Of a DNA stretch of 64,000 nucleotides, positions 28,477 to 38,852 are shown one piece after another. The DNA is taken from assembly GCA_963836205.1 (NCBI GenBank), contig CAWIIV010000007.1, positions 32,001 through 96,000 of the forward strand. The letters are read 5' to 3'. A program made the translations under genes and the position numbers. The number at the start of each line of letters is the position of its first letter. Position 1 is the stretch's first letter. This DNA comes from an uncultured Acidimicrobiia bacterium (lineage in GTDB: Bacteria; Actinomycetota; Acidimicrobiia; Acidimicrobiales; AC-14). Below the pieces are notes generated by a model. It ran no database searches. It was not told the DNA's origin and saw nothing but the letters and a program-made list of their open reading frames with translations.

Positions 28477-29421
28477 GTGAAGAAGGTCGATTTGGTGCTC
28501 GAGGGCGGCGGTGTCAAGAACATCGCCCTGCTCGGCGCGGTGACGGTCCTGTCCGAGGCCGGGTACACCTTCCCGCGGGTGGCCGGCACCAGCGGCGGCG
28601 CCATCATCGCGGCCGGGGTCGCCGCCTACCAGAAGGCGGGGCGTGATTTGGGCGGGATGCTCGACGTGTCGCTGCGCGTCGACAACTCGCGGTTTCTGGA
28701 CTGGCGATGGCGCGGCCGTGTCGCAGGGCCGGTCTCGGGCGCGGTCGACCTGCTGCGCCGGGGCGGCCTGCACTCGGGGGACTACCTCTACGAGTTTCTC
28801 GGCCCTGCCCTGGACGATGTCGGCGTGCGGACCTTCGCCGACCTGCGCATCGACGACGACCACGGGTCCTCGCTGGCCGAGCATCAGCGGTACTCGCTCG
28901 TCATCCACGTGGCCGACGTCACCCACCGGGTGCTGGTCCGCCTCCCGTGGGACTACCCGCTCTACGGGCGCCCGGCCGACGAGCAGCCGATCACCGACGC
29001 GGTTCGGGCGTCGATGTCGATTCCCTTCTTCTTCCGTCCCGTCAACGTGGAGACCGACCACGGCGCCGCCACATGGGTCGACGGCGGCCTCCTCGCCAAC
29101 TACCCCATCACCGTGTTCGACCGCACCGACGGCCAGCCGGCGCGCTGGCCGACCTGGGGGGTCAAGGTCAGCACCTCGCCGCCCCATGGTCCGGACCGGC
29201 CGGTGCGCACGGCCGTGGGCTTGGGCGTCCGTTGCCTGGCGACGATGACCGGCGATTGGTACCGCTCGTCGCTGGGCGCCGACACCGCCGGTCGGCGGAC
29301 CATTCAGGTCGACACGTCGGGCGTTCCCGCCACCCAATTCGACGTCGACAACCGCTCCCGGCTCCGCCTGTTCGAGAACGGCCGCGCCGCCGCCACCGCC
29401 TTCCTGGAACGCCTTCCCTGA
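28477..29421 (+). CDS. patatin-like phospholipase
   Basis: LVLEGGGVK, GTSGG nucleophile elbow, ASMSIP, DGG. Confidence 0.92.
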   Translation: MKKVDLVLEGGGVKNIALLGAVTVLSEAGYTFPRVAGTSGGAIIAAGVAAYQKAGRDLGGMLDVSLRVDNSRFLDWRWRGRVAGPVSGAVDLLRRGGLHSGDYLYEFLGPALDDVGVRTFADLRIDDDHGSSLAEHQRYSLVIHVADVTHRVLVRLPWDYPLYGRPADEQPITDAVRASMSIPFFFRPVNVETDHGAATWVDGGLLANYPITVFDRTDGQPARWPTWGVKVSTSPPHGPDRPVRTAVGLGVRCLATMTGDWYRSSLGADTAGRRTIQVDTSGVPATQFDVDNRSRLRLFENGRAAATAFLERLP

Positions 29422-29631
29422 TCCTCACCGGGACGAGCTCGGCCCGGACCTGACCGACTGCCCACCGGGACGAGGACCGTCGCCGAGTCGGCTCGAGTCA
29501 GCTGGGCGACGCAGTGGGACGGGACGTCGACCGACCCGCTCGCAACGGCACCTCCGGGTGGCTGCGGCTGCCACCGTGATCTTTGGCGCGCCTAACGCGT
29601 CGGGTAAACGACGCCTAAGCTGTGGGGAACG

Positions 29632-30473
29632 ATGACTGGCACCGGTACCGACCACGACCTGCGGGCCGACGACCTGCGGGCCGACGACCTGCGTCTGGCC
29701 TACGACGCCAAGGTCGTCGTCGACGGGCTGTCGCTGGCCATCCCGCCCGGCAAGATCACGGTTATCGTCGGGGCCAACGCCTGCGGGAAGTCGACCCTTC
29801 TGCGGGCTCTCGCCCGGCTGCTCAAGCCCAAGGCGGGCACCGTCCACCTCGACGCGAGAGCATCTTCCATCTCCCGACCCGCGACGTCGCCATCAAGGTC
29901 GGCATCCTGCCCCAGTCGCTGATCGCCCCCGAGGGCCTCACCGTGGGCGACCTGGTGGCCCGGGGCCGGTACCCGCACCAGCGTTGGTTCCGGCAGTGGT
30001 CCCCCGAGGACGAGGCCGCGGTCGGCTCCGCCCTGGAGGCCACGGGCACCGCCGACCTGGCCAACCGTCCGGTGGACGAGCTCTCCGGCGGCCAGCGGCA
30101 GCGGTCGTGGATCGCCATGGCCCTGGCCCAGGGCACGCCGATCATGCTCCTCGACGAGCCCACCACGTTCCTCGACATGGCCCATCAGGTGGAGGTGCTC
30201 GACCTGCTGGCCACGCTCAACGCCACCGACGGCCGCACCGTGGTGATCGTCCTCCACGACCTCAACCAGGCGTGCCGCTACGCCCACCTGGTGGCGATGG
30301 CCGGCGGGACGATCGTGGCCGAGGGGGCGCCGGCCGACATCGTGAGCGAGGAGCTGGTGGCCATGGTCTTCGGCCTCGACTGCCGGGTCGTGCCCGACCC
30401 GGTCGCGGGCACGCCGATGATCATCCCCATCGGGTCCCGGCACCGCCGCCCCCTCGTCCTCGCCGCCGACTGA
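29632..30473 (+). pseudogene. iron-siderophore ABC transporter ATPase (FepC/FecE-like), frameshift near 29852
   Basis: GANACGKST in ORF 29632; [18 protein letters not shown] and [11 protein letters not shown] in the other frame. Confidence 0.85.
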
Positions 30474-30483
30474 GGGTGCTGGG

Positions 30484-31008
30484 TCAGGCGTTGCGCACGG
30501 CGGCTTCCACCGCTCGACGGAACGAAGGCGGGTCGATCGCCGGGAACCGGTACAACTCGTCTTCGATGGCGGAGAGATAGGCGAGCAGCCCTTCCCGCCC
30601 TACCAGGTCCCGCTCCAACATCGCCCGCACGTCCCCGAGGTCGCGGGCGTGTCCTCGCTCGAGCTTGGCCACCGCCTGGGCGGTCAGGTCGAAATGGCGG
30701 ACGGAGAGCATCCCCTCGGTGGCCTCCCAGGGACTGCGGTCCTCCCACCCCGGCGGCACCGGGATGAACAGGTCGGGCGAGGCCAGCTCGACGTTGATCT
30801 CGAGCTCGTCCTTCAGTCTGGGCACGGCTCGCAGGAGCGATCCCGAGTCGGGAACCAGCTTGAGGTCGATGTCGATGGTGCTGTCCCGCCAGCCGAGGAG
30901 CACGGCCGTCGACCCACCGGTGAGGTAGGCGGTGGTGGGCTCTCGGGCGGCGGCGCCCAGGCGGGACAGGAAGGTGCGGATGCGCTCGGCGGTCGCTAGC
31001 CGACGCAC
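30484..31008 (-). CDS. DUF6036-like nucleotidyltransferase
   Basis: YLTGG.TAVL.GWR.ST.DIDL (GG..DxD), K..RGH.RD..DV. Confidence 0.75.
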   Translation of the reverse strand: MRRLATAERIRTFLSRLGAAAREPTTAYLTGGSTAVLLGWRDSTIDIDLKLVPDSGSLLRAVPRLKDELEINVELASPDLFIPVPPGWEDRSPWEATEGMLSVRHFDLTAQAVAKLERGHARDLGDVRAMLERDLVGREGLLAYLSAIEDELYRFPAIDPPSFRRAVEAAVRNA

Positions 31009-31280
31009 GCCGCAGCCCGTTCGAAGCTGACGAGCAGTCGGACGAGTGCGTTGTACCGGCCGTGGGCGCTGTCGGCATCCTCCGCCGCCAGCAGCTCGTA
31101 CAAGGCATGGTCGGCCTCTGCGATCGGGGTCGAGACCTCGAATCCGAGCTGGCCGAGCCGGGGGGCGCCGATGGACACGACGAGCGCAGCGACGGTGCGG
31201 CGACCCTCGGCCAGGTCGTCCAGGCCGGCCGCGACGAGCTCCGAGCCGGGGAGGGCGGCCATCGACGGTCCCACGGCCAT
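30996..31280 (-). CDS. small hypothetical protein coupled to the nucleotidyltransferase
   Basis: LPG.ELV..GL.DL...L.V.IGAPRL...AH.RYNALVR.LVSFERA; 13-bp overlap with the downstream gene. Confidence 0.7.
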   Translation of the reverse strand: MAVGPSMAALPGSELVAAGLDDLAEGRRTVAALVVSIGAPRLGQLGFEVSTPIAEADHALYELLAAEDADSAHGRYNALVRLLVSFERAAACVG

Positions 31281-31299
31281 CACCGTATGCGACCTTCGA

Positions 31300-32470
31300 T
31301 CAGCTCGGCGGACGCCGGTCGGACCATGCCGCCCACAGCTCGGCGTAGCGACCGCCGGCGGAGACCAGCTCGTCGTGGGTCCCCTCCTCCAACCAGGCGG
31401 CCGGCGTCGAGGACCACGATGCGGTCGGCGGTGGCAGCCTGGGTCAGGCGGTGGGCGACGACGAGCGACGTTCGGCCCGCGACCGCGGCCGCGGCCGCCG
31501 CCTCCAGGATCCGGGCCCCGGCGCTGCCCGCCTCGGCAGTGGCCTCGTCGAGGACGGCGACCACAGGGTCGGCCAGGACCAGGCGGGCCAGGGCCAGGTG
31601 CTGGGCCTGAGTGGTGGTCAGGGGGTGGCCGCCGTCGCCGACGACCGTCTCGATGCCCGCGGGCAGGGCCCGGACCCATCCCAGGGCGCCCACCGTGGTG
31701 AGGGCCCGTTCCAGGTCGGCGTCGCTGGCCTCGGGGGCGGCCAGCCGGAGGTCGTCGGCCAGGGTGCCGGCGAACACGTGGACCTCCTGGGTGACGAGGG
31801 CGACGGCGACCGCCCCCGGCGCCACCCCGCCGATCGTCACCGATCCGGCGACGGGCTCGTGGACCCCCGCCACCAGCTTGGCGACGGTGGTCTTGCCCGC
31901 CCCGCTCGCCCCCACCACCGCCACCCGTTGGCCGGCCTCCACCCGCAGCCCGAGCCCGTGGAGGACGAGGTGGTCGGGCTCGTAGGCGAAGTCGACGCCC
32001 TCGAAGGCGACGATCGCCGCCGCCGCCGGGATGTCGACTGCCGTCACCGGCGCCTCGCCCGGCCTGTCGGCCACTCCCACCAGGCGGGCGAGGGCCGCGG
32101 TCGCGGCCTGGGCCTCGTCCAGGAGGTAGAGCAGCCCGTTGATGGGGTCGAACAGGCGCTGGAACTAGAGGGCGGCGGCGGTGACCGCACCCACGCTGGC
32201 ATCGCCGTTGCGGACCCCAGAAGCCGGTGAGGAGGATGGCGCTCAGGCCGACGACCTCGGCCAGGTTGAGGCGGCCGAAGAACCGGGTCCGTAGCCGGCT
32301 GGCGCTGACGACCAGCTCGACCGCGGTCCGGGACCGGCCCGCGACCTTGTCCGAGTGGCTGCCGGCCAGGTCGGACGCCCGCACCGTGTCGGCACCGGCG
32401 ATGGTCTCCAGCAGCTGGCCCGCCCGTTCCCCGGCCGCGGCCCGCTCCGACGCGTACACGCTGAGCCCCC
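31300..32470 (-). pseudogene. ABC transporter permease/ATPase (IrtAB-like), truncated and frameshifted
   Basis: GASGAGKTT, LDEATAEAGS, AHRL, RYAELW; TMD part has an in-frame stop and frameshifts; no N-terminus. Confidence 0.8.
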
Positions 32471-32562
32471 GGTCAGGGAATCTGTAAGGCTCCCGATGCC
32501 CGAGCGCTCCTTGTTCGTGAACGTGTCGCCACCGGACGACACCCAGGAGAGAGGAGCGAACG

Positions 32563-32805
32563 ATGCATCGTCTACGGAAGCTGACCGTGATCGCAGCCAT
32601 GGCCGGGGGCCTGCTCTGGACGGGCGAGGCCCAGGCCACGATCACCCCCACGCCCGACGACGCCAAGTGCACCTACACCAACGACAACGTCGCCGTGTGC
32701 ACGCTGAAGGACGGGTCCACGATGTGCAAGGACCACAACGGGATGGACATCGACTGCCCGCAGCCGAGGGTCCGTCTCCGGCTGGGCGTCACCGCCGCCG
32801 GCTGA
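32563..32805 (+). CDS. small secreted 4-Cys protein
   Basis: GAGGAG RBS, signal peptide ending AQA, Cys spacing C-x9-C-x8-C-x9-C. Confidence 0.65.
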   Translation: MHRLRKLTVIAAMAGGLLWTGEAQATITPTPDDAKCTYTNDNVAVCTLKDGSTMCKDHNGMDIDCPQPRVRLRLGVTAAG

Positions 32806-32891
32806 GCCCGCTCACCCGCCCCACCCGTCCCGGCCGTCGTCCATCTGCTTGGGCGACGGCCGGGACGACGGCTGGGGCACCAGCCGGGTGA

Positions 32892-33207
32892 TCAACGGGC
32901 GGTGTTCGTGGCGGGGTCGCCGTCGACCGCCGCTGCCAGGCGGGGAACCAGCTGGTCGAGCACGGTCGGCAGGCTGAGGAGGGTGTTGACCCCGTACGCC
33001 GCCTGCAGCAGGTCGTCCTGGGCGAGGAAGACGTCGCGGCCCTGCTTGGCCACGTCGAGCGTCGGTTAGACGGGGTTGCCGTCGAGGCGGCTCGTGGCCC
33101 CGTCCCGCAGGAACACGATCCAGACAACCAGATCGGCGGACACCAACCCGACCTGCTCGTCGCTCACCTCGGCGTAGAACCGGTCGGCGATCATGTCGGT
33201 GACCGCC
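32892..33207 (-). pseudogene. iron-siderophore substrate-binding protein C-terminal fragment
   Basis: DRFYAEVSDEQVG..SADLVVW...LDVAKQGR...AYGVNTLLSLPTVLDQLVPRLAAAVDGDPAT, with frameshifts. Confidence 0.6.
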
Positions 33208-33209
33208 TT

Positions 33210-34109
33210 CCGCGGCCGGGCCCATCGCCTTCGTCGGACTGACCGTCCCCCACGTGGCCCGGGCCATCACCGGGCCCGACTACCGCTGGGTGTTGCCCTA
33301 CTCCGGCGTGCTGGCACCGATCCTGCTCCTCGGCTCCGACATCGTCGGCCGCCTCGTGCTGCGACCGGGCGAGCTGCAGGTGGGCATCGTCACCGCGGTG
33401 GTCGGTGCGCCGTTCTTCATCCTGCTCTCCGGCCAGGCTGCCTCACAGCTCGGCCAGCTTGCGCCGGCGGACGCTGGGCGGGGGTCTGGTCGCCACCCTC
33501 GCCGTCTACCTGCTCGCCTACCGGAAGGGCATCAGCGGCTACCGCCTGGTGCTGGTGGGCATCGGCATCTCCTTCATGCTCTACGCCGTCGTCGACTACA
33601 TGCTCACCCGGGCCGAGATCTTCGACGCGGCCCAGGCCACCATCTGGCTCACGGGGAGCCTCAACGGCCGGGGCTGGGAGCACGTCCGGCCCGCCGGCGT
33701 GGCCCTGGCCGTGCTGCTGCCGGCGGCGCTGGTCCTCAGCCGCCAGCTGCGCACGCTGCAGCTGGGCGACGACGCCGCCCGCGGCCTCGGTGTCCGCATC
33801 GGGCGGGCCCGGTTGGGGCTGATCGTGACCGGGGTGGGGCTGGCGGCGGTGGCGACGGCGTCGGCCGGGCCGGTCCCCTTCGTCGCCCTCGTCTCGCCCC
33901 AGATCGCCCGCCGGCTGGCGGGAGCATCGAACCTGTCCCTGGTGCCGGCGGCCCTGGCCGGGGCGGCCCTGATGCTCCTGTCCGACCTCGTCGGCCGCCG
34001 GCTGTTCGCGCCGACGCAGCTTCCCGTCGGGATCACCTCCTCGATCGTGGGCGCCCCCTACCTCCTGTGGCTCCTCGCCCGAGCCAACCGCATCGGTCGA
34101 GGCGGGTGA
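33210..34109 (+). pseudogene. fused remnants of two FecCD-family siderophore permeases (FepD C-terminus plus FepG C-terminus)
   Basis: [38 protein letters not shown], followed by [38 protein letters not shown]. Confidence 0.75.
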
Positions 34110-34185
34110 CGACTATGGACCGGCGCCGTGGTTTGTGCCCGGCGCCAGGCGGGGTGTGCCGCGTGGGGCGTACGCTCGGGACGTC

Positions 34186-34788
34186 ATGAGGACGACCCCT
34201 CGCCGCGCCGGTGTGGCGGTGGTGGCCGCTCTCGGTCTGGCAGGCCTCGGCCTGGCCCACGTCCTCGAGTACCTCGCCCTGGTGCCGAATGGCCACCACC
34301 GGGCCGACGTCCTGGCCGCCACCGGGCACGCCTACCTTCCCTCCGTCCTCAGCGCGGCCGGCTTCCTGGCCGCAGTGGCAGTTGCCGCCGTGTTCGTGCG
34401 CGGGTTCCGCGCCGGCGACGGCAATGGGCGGGCGGTCACCACCACCGGGACGGACTGGACCCGACTCCTCCCTGTGGTCCAGGCCGCCGCGTTCGTGGCG
34501 GTAGAGGTGGCGGAGCGGCTCGTCGTCGGCGCCTCTCTTGCCGATCTCGGGCCCGTCCTGGTCCTCGGCCTGCCCTTGCAGGTGCTGGCCGGCATCGCCG
34601 GGGGTCGGGTGCTCTCCGCGGCGGCGCGGGCCGGCACCCGGCTGGCCCGAGCCTTGGCCGGCTCGGGTTTCGCTCGCCGCCGGCCGACCCCCGGTTGGCG
34701 GCCGCTCGCCGACGTCGCACCCGTCACCACGCTCGCGGGCGGGCCGACGCCGGCCCGCGGCCCACCCTCGCTCCTCGTTCCCGTCTGA
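34186..34788 (+). CDS. His-containing membrane protein, first gene of copper cassette
   Basis: Several TM helices; LAH.LEY, GHH, GHAY. TACGCT -10 at 34171. Confidence 0.6.
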   Translation: MRTTPRRAGVAVVAALGLAGLGLAHVLEYLALVPNGHHRADVLAATGHAYLPSVLSAAGFLAAVAVAAVFVRGFRAGDGNGRAVTTTGTDWTRLLPVVQAAAFVAVEVAERLVVGASLADLGPVLVLGLPLQVLAGIAGGRVLSAAARAGTRLARALAGSGFARRRPTPGWRPLADVAPVTTLAGGPTPARGPPSLLVPV

Positions 34789-34842
34789 GCCAACACAACC
34801 GACCGCCCCGGCGCGGGGCGGCAGACAACGAGGAGACTTCCA

Positions 34843-35496
34843 ATGAGATCGCTTTTCCCGCGGCTGGCCGCGGCCGGATTCGGGCTCGTCATGCTCGTCG
34901 GACCCCTGGCCGGGGCCGCTTCCGCCCACGAGCGGCGCTCCGTCGGCACGCTCCAGTTTGTCGTCGGCTGGGGTGCCGAACCGACCTTCACCGGCTACCT
35001 CAACGGCGTGCAGATCACCATCCGGGACGCGTCGGCGGCCGGGGACCCGGTGCCCGTCACCGACGCTGCCGACACCCTGAAGGTGGAAGTGGCCTTCGGC
35101 GACCAGAAGGTCGGCCCTCTCGACCTCGACACCGTCTTCAACTCGCCCGGCGAGTACCAGGCGCCGCTCGTGCCCACCCGGGCCGGCGTCTACTCGTTCC
35201 GCTTCGTGGGGACGGTGAAGGGCCAGGCGGTGGACGAGACGTTCACCTCGTCGGACACCACGTTCGAGTCGCCCGAGGAGACAACGGAGATCGAGTTTCC
35301 GGTGAAGGACCCGAGCCCGGCCGAGCTCTCCAGCCGGGTCGAACGGGTGGACGCCCGGGCCGGGGCGGCCGCCGATTCGGCCGACGACGCCGGTAGCAAG
35401 GGCTCGACGGCGACCGCCATCGGTGCCGCCGGGCTGGCGCTGGCGGTGGTGGCCCTCGGGCTGGCCATCAGGCTGCGCAAGGGGTCCAAGGCCTAG
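34843..35496 (+). CDS. secreted, membrane-anchored protein with predicted N-terminal His
   Basis: Signal peptide ending ASA|HERR, C-terminal TM, GAGGAG RBS. Confidence 0.7.
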   Translation: MRSLFPRLAAAGFGLVMLVGPLAGAASAHERRSVGTLQFVVGWGAEPTFTGYLNGVQITIRDASAAGDPVPVTDAADTLKVEVAFGDQKVGPLDLDTVFNSPGEYQAPLVPTRAGVYSFRFVGTVKGQAVDETFTSSDTTFESPEETTEIEFPVKDPSPAELSSRVERVDARAGAAADSADDAGSKGSTATAIGAAGLALAVVALGLAIRLRKGSKA

Positions 35497-35499
35497 CCG

Positions 35500-37455
35500 G
35501 TGCCGCGCTCCACCCCGACGGTGGCCAGGGCGGTGCTGGTCGCCCTGGCCGTCGTGGCCGGACTGGCCGTGGGTCCGACGCGGGCGGCCTGGGCCCATGG
35601 CGTGCTGCGGGCGTCCGACCCGGCTGCCGGCGCGGCCGTCGACCAGTCCCCGGCCCACCTCACCCTCAGCTTCACCGAGGCGCCCGAGCTGCGCTTCTCG
35701 TCGGTGAAGGTCCTCGACGGCACCGGTCGCTCGTTCGGCACGGGCGGTGTGCAAGAGGTCGCGGGCGATCCGGAGACGATCACCCAACCCCTCCAACCCC
35801 TGCCCAAGGGCGTCTACACGGTGAGCTGGCGCATCGTGTCCCGGGTCGACGGCCACCTCACCGCAGGGTCCTTCGCGTTCGGCGTGCAGACGCCGGTGAC
35901 CGCGGACGCCGCGGCCGCGGCCGGCGCGCGGACGGCGTCGCCAGCCGCCAACCGGTCGCTGGCCGCCGTCGGGGGACGGGCCCTGCTCTACGCCGGGCTG
36001 GCGTGTCTCCTGGGCGGGGCGTGGGTCGGCGCCCTGCTGTTCCGCGAGCGGCGCCGAGGTCTGGTGGTCCTGCTGGGGGCGGGCTGGTTGGTCGCCCTCG
36101 CCGGGGTGGTGGCCGTCGGTCTGGCTCAGCGCAGCACGACGGGGGCCTCGCTCAGCGTGTTTCTCCAGTCCCGGCTGGGCCGTTCGGTGCTCTGGCGGCT
36201 GATCGGGCTGTTGGCGGCCGGCGTGGGCGTCGCCCTTGTCGCCGGCCGGCGCCGGTGGCGGCCGGGTCTGGCGCTGGTGGCCGCCGGCACGCTGGGCACG
36301 ATCGTGGCCCACGTGGTGTCGGGCCACGCGGCCGCGTCGTCGACGGCGTGGCTGGCCGTCGGTGTGCAGGCGGTCCACGTGGTGGCGATGGCCGTCTGGA
36401 TCGGCGGGCTGGCCGCGCTACTGGCGGGCGCCGTTGGCCGGGCGGGCGACCTCGCGGCGGCGGCCGCGGTCAGGAGGTTCTCGGCGGTGGCGGCCGTTTC
36501 CGTCGGCGCCCTGGTCGTCACGGGTGTGCTCCGGGCCATCGACGAGGTGGACGGGTGGCGGCCGCTGGTCGACGCCACCTACGGACGACTGGTGCTGGTC
36601 AAGGGCGCGCTCCTGGCCGTGATCGCCGCCCTGGGGGCGGTGAACCGCTACCGTCACGTGCCGGCCGCGGGCCGTTCTCTCACCGGCCTCCGCCGGATCG
36701 GGACGACGGAGGTGGCGGTGGCCCTCCTCGTGTTCGCCGTCACCGGCCTGCTGACGACGTCTCCGCCGCCGGCCACGGCCAGGGTGACCGATCCGGCGGT
36801 GGTGGTCACCGCCTCCGACTTCGGCACCACCGTCCGGGCCCGGCTGACGGTGTCACCGGGGCAGCCCGGCGTGAACCGGTTCACGGTCGAGCTCACCGAC
36901 TACGACACCTATGAGCCGGTGGCTGCGGCCGGCATATCCGCTCGCTTCGTCCTGCCCGCCGACGGAGGGGTCAGCCCGTCGACGCTCGACCTACCGCCGA
37001 CGGGTGCCGGGACCTTCGCCGCCTCCGGTCCCAACCTGACGCTGCCCGGCCGGTGGCGGGTCACGCTGGTCATCAATCGGGGGGCGGACGCTCTGGAGCT
37101 CACTGCCGACCTGGTGACCCGTGCGCCACCGGGACTGGTGACGATCACCCCCGGCCGGCCCACCGTCTACAGCGTCGACCTCGGCCAGGGCCGCACGGTC
37201 CAGGTCTACGCCGACCCCGAGGCACCCGGCGCCATCGAACTGCACGCCACCTTTTTCTCGGCCGCCGGCACCGAGGAGCCGGTCGACGTGGCCACCGTGA
37301 CCGCGTCGGGAGCGACGGCCACGCCTCGGCGGCTAGGGCCGGGCCATTTCGTCGCCGATGTCCAGGCCCCATCCGGCGCCTGGCCGGTTGAGGTCACCGG
37401 CGTCACGCCCGGCGGCGACTACCTGTACGCACCCCTGACCCTGGAGATCGAGTGA
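35500..37455 (+). CDS. CopC-CopD fusion copper transport protein with C-terminal YtkA/FixH-like domains
   Basis: AWA|HGVL..SDP, YTVSWR.VS.VDGH (CopC); GHA, H..A...W.GGL, RRFS, YG..V.VK (CopD). Confidence 0.88.
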   Translation: MPRSTPTVARAVLVALAVVAGLAVGPTRAAWAHGVLRASDPAAGAAVDQSPAHLTLSFTEAPELRFSSVKVLDGTGRSFGTGGVQEVAGDPETITQPLQPLPKGVYTVSWRIVSRVDGHLTAGSFAFGVQTPVTADAAAAAGARTASPAANRSLAAVGGRALLYAGLACLLGGAWVGALLFRERRRGLVVLLGAGWLVALAGVVAVGLAQRSTTGASLSVFLQSRLGRSVLWRLIGLLAAGVGVALVAGRRRWRPGLALVAAGTLGTIVAHVVSGHAAASSTAWLAVGVQAVHVVAMAVWIGGLAALLAGAVGRAGDLAAAAAVRRFSAVAAVSVGALVVTGVLRAIDEVDGWRPLVDATYGRLVLVKGALLAVIAALGAVNRYRHVPAAGRSLTGLRRIGTTEVAVALLVFAVTGLLTTSPPPATARVTDPAVVVTASDFGTTVRARLTVSPGQPGVNRFTVELTDYDTYEPVAAAGISARFVLPADGGVSPSTLDLPPTGAGTFAASGPNLTLPGRWRVTLVINRGADALELTADLVTRAPPGLVTITPGRPTVYSVDLGQGRTVQVYADPEAPGAIELHATFFSAAGTEEPVDVATVTASGATATPRRLGPGHFVADVQAPSGAWPVEVTGVTPGGDYLYAPLTLEIE

Positions 37456-37886
37456 TGAGAATCCGAAGCCCCCTGGCCGCGGCCGCCCTGCTCGCCCTGG
37501 CGACCGCCTGTGGCGGGGGCGACGGCGGAGGAGGGGCGCCCGAGGGCGTCCGACCATCGTCGACCGCCACCCTTTCCATCGTCGACCCGGCCAATGAGTC
37601 CACGGTCCCGCCCGGCCTGCTCACCGTCCGTCTCGACCTCCAGGGGGCCCGCATCGTGGAGGAGGCGACCACCGCCTTGCGGCCGGACGAGGGCCACGTC
37701 CACCTCAACCTCGACGGCAAGCTGGTGTCGATGGCGTACGGCCTCGAGCAACAGGTGGAGGTCACGCCCGGCATCCACCAGCTGATCGCCGAGTTCGTCG
37801 CCGGCGACCACGCCCCCTTCAACCCGCGGGTGGCGGCGACCCGGACCTTCGCGGTGTCCGACGGCCAGGCGCGCCCAAGTGGGTAG
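37455..37886 (+). CDS. lipoprotein with GHVHL motif (putative metal-binding)
   Basis: Lipobox ATAC, EGHVHL.LDG, H...AEFVA.DH.PF. Confidence 0.65.
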   Translation: MRIRSPLAAAALLALATACGGGDGGGGAPEGVRPSSTATLSIVDPANESTVPPGLLTVRLDLQGARIVEEATTALRPDEGHVHLNLDGKLVSMAYGLEQQVEVTPGIHQLIAEFVAGDHAPFNPRVAATRTFAVSDGQARPSG

Positions 37887-37896
37887 AGAGGGTTCC

Positions 37897-38418
37897 ATGG
37901 TGGATCCCCGGCTGGACGTGCTCGCCGGCGTGGTGGGACGGGTGGAGGTGAAGGCGCGGTGGCTGGCGCGCCTGGCCACGAGGGGCGCCGTCGCCGGCGC
38001 GGTCGCCGCCTTCCCGTTGTGGTGGGTGGTGGCCGGCGACGGAGTCACCGAGTGGTTTGCGGGGACCGCGGCGTCGCTGCTGGTCCTGGGCCTGTTCCTC
38101 GCGCCGGCGGCGTGGCTGGTGAACGTGCGGTTCGCACTGCTCGAGCTGGTCGAGCTGCCGCAGAAGCTGGCCGGCGTGGCGACTCGTCGGGCGGCGCACC
38201 TGCGAACGGGCGCCCCGGAACGGCCCGACCAAGGATCCTTCGCCGCGGCGCGGTCGGTGTGGGGAGTCCTCAACGACTATGGCGACGTCGTCGGGGCCTG
38301 GGGCACCGTCGCCCAACTGGTCGCCCCGTGGTTCTGGCTCCTCACCGCCGCCGCCTTCGTTGCCGTGCCGGTGGTGGGGCTGCTGGCGGCGGTGATAGTG
38401 CTGGTGGGGCTCGTGTGA
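37897..38418 (+). CDS. hypothetical membrane protein
   Basis: Three hydrophobic segments; GC3-rich frame. Confidence 0.55.
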   Translation: MVDPRLDVLAGVVGRVEVKARWLARLATRGAVAGAVAAFPLWWVVAGDGVTEWFAGTAASLLVLGLFLAPAAWLVNVRFALLELVELPQKLAGVATRRAAHLRTGAPERPDQGSFAAARSVWGVLNDYGDVVGAWGTVAQLVAPWFWLLTAAAFVAVPVVGLLAAVIVLVGLV

Positions 38419-38441
38419 TGACGCAGACCAAGGAGGACGCA

Positions 38442-38648
38442 ATGGAAACCGTGGCCCGGGTGACCGAGATCAGCGCCATGTCGGCGACCGGCTTCGAGGA
38501 CGCGATCCGGGTGGGGATCACCCGGGCCTCGCAGACCCTCCGCCAGGTCACGTCGGCCTGGGTCAAGGAGCAGCGAGTCGAGGTACGCGACGGCGCCATC
38601 GTCGGCTACCAGGTGAACATGCTGGTGACGTTCGTCCTCGACGACTAA
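38442..38648 (+). CDS. dodecin family flavin-binding protein
   Basis: VARVTEISA.S..GFEDAI..GI.RA..TLR.V..AWVKEQ..YQV...VTFVL. AGGAGG RBS. Confidence 0.9.
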   Translation: METVARVTEISAMSATGFEDAIRVGITRASQTLRQVTSAWVKEQRVEVRDGAIVGYQVNMLVTFVLDD

Positions 38649-38710
38649 CCCAACTCGGTCGCGGCTGGGGGTCGCCGCCGGTTCTCCACCCCGCGCCGGG
38701 GTCCCGTCCG

Positions 38711-38852
38711 CACGACGATTCCGCCGCACGGAACGCTCGTCGCGTTTGGCATCCGCCGAATCGGTGTGAAACGGGCGGCGAATCCAGCCCGAATCACGCC
38801 GGTTTCGGGGCACGAAGCCACGAGGAGCATTTGGATCAACCAAGACGTCGTG
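38711..38852. repeat. REP/BIME-like palindromic element, family A copy 2
   Basis: Ends CACGACG...CGTCGTG; shares GAATCG..GTGAAACGG, GCCCGA.TCACG..TTTCGG and GCATT.GGATC with 14315-14437. Confidence 0.55.

Noticed and set aside
28477-29421. Patatin as a CBASS effector
   Set aside because: No CD-NTase is adjacent. The DUF6036-like NTase is on the other strand, separated by another gene, and too short for a cGAS-like enzyme.
24000-34100. Prophage, integron or ICE
   Set aside because: No integrase, phage or conjugation genes, and no recurring attC-like sites seen.
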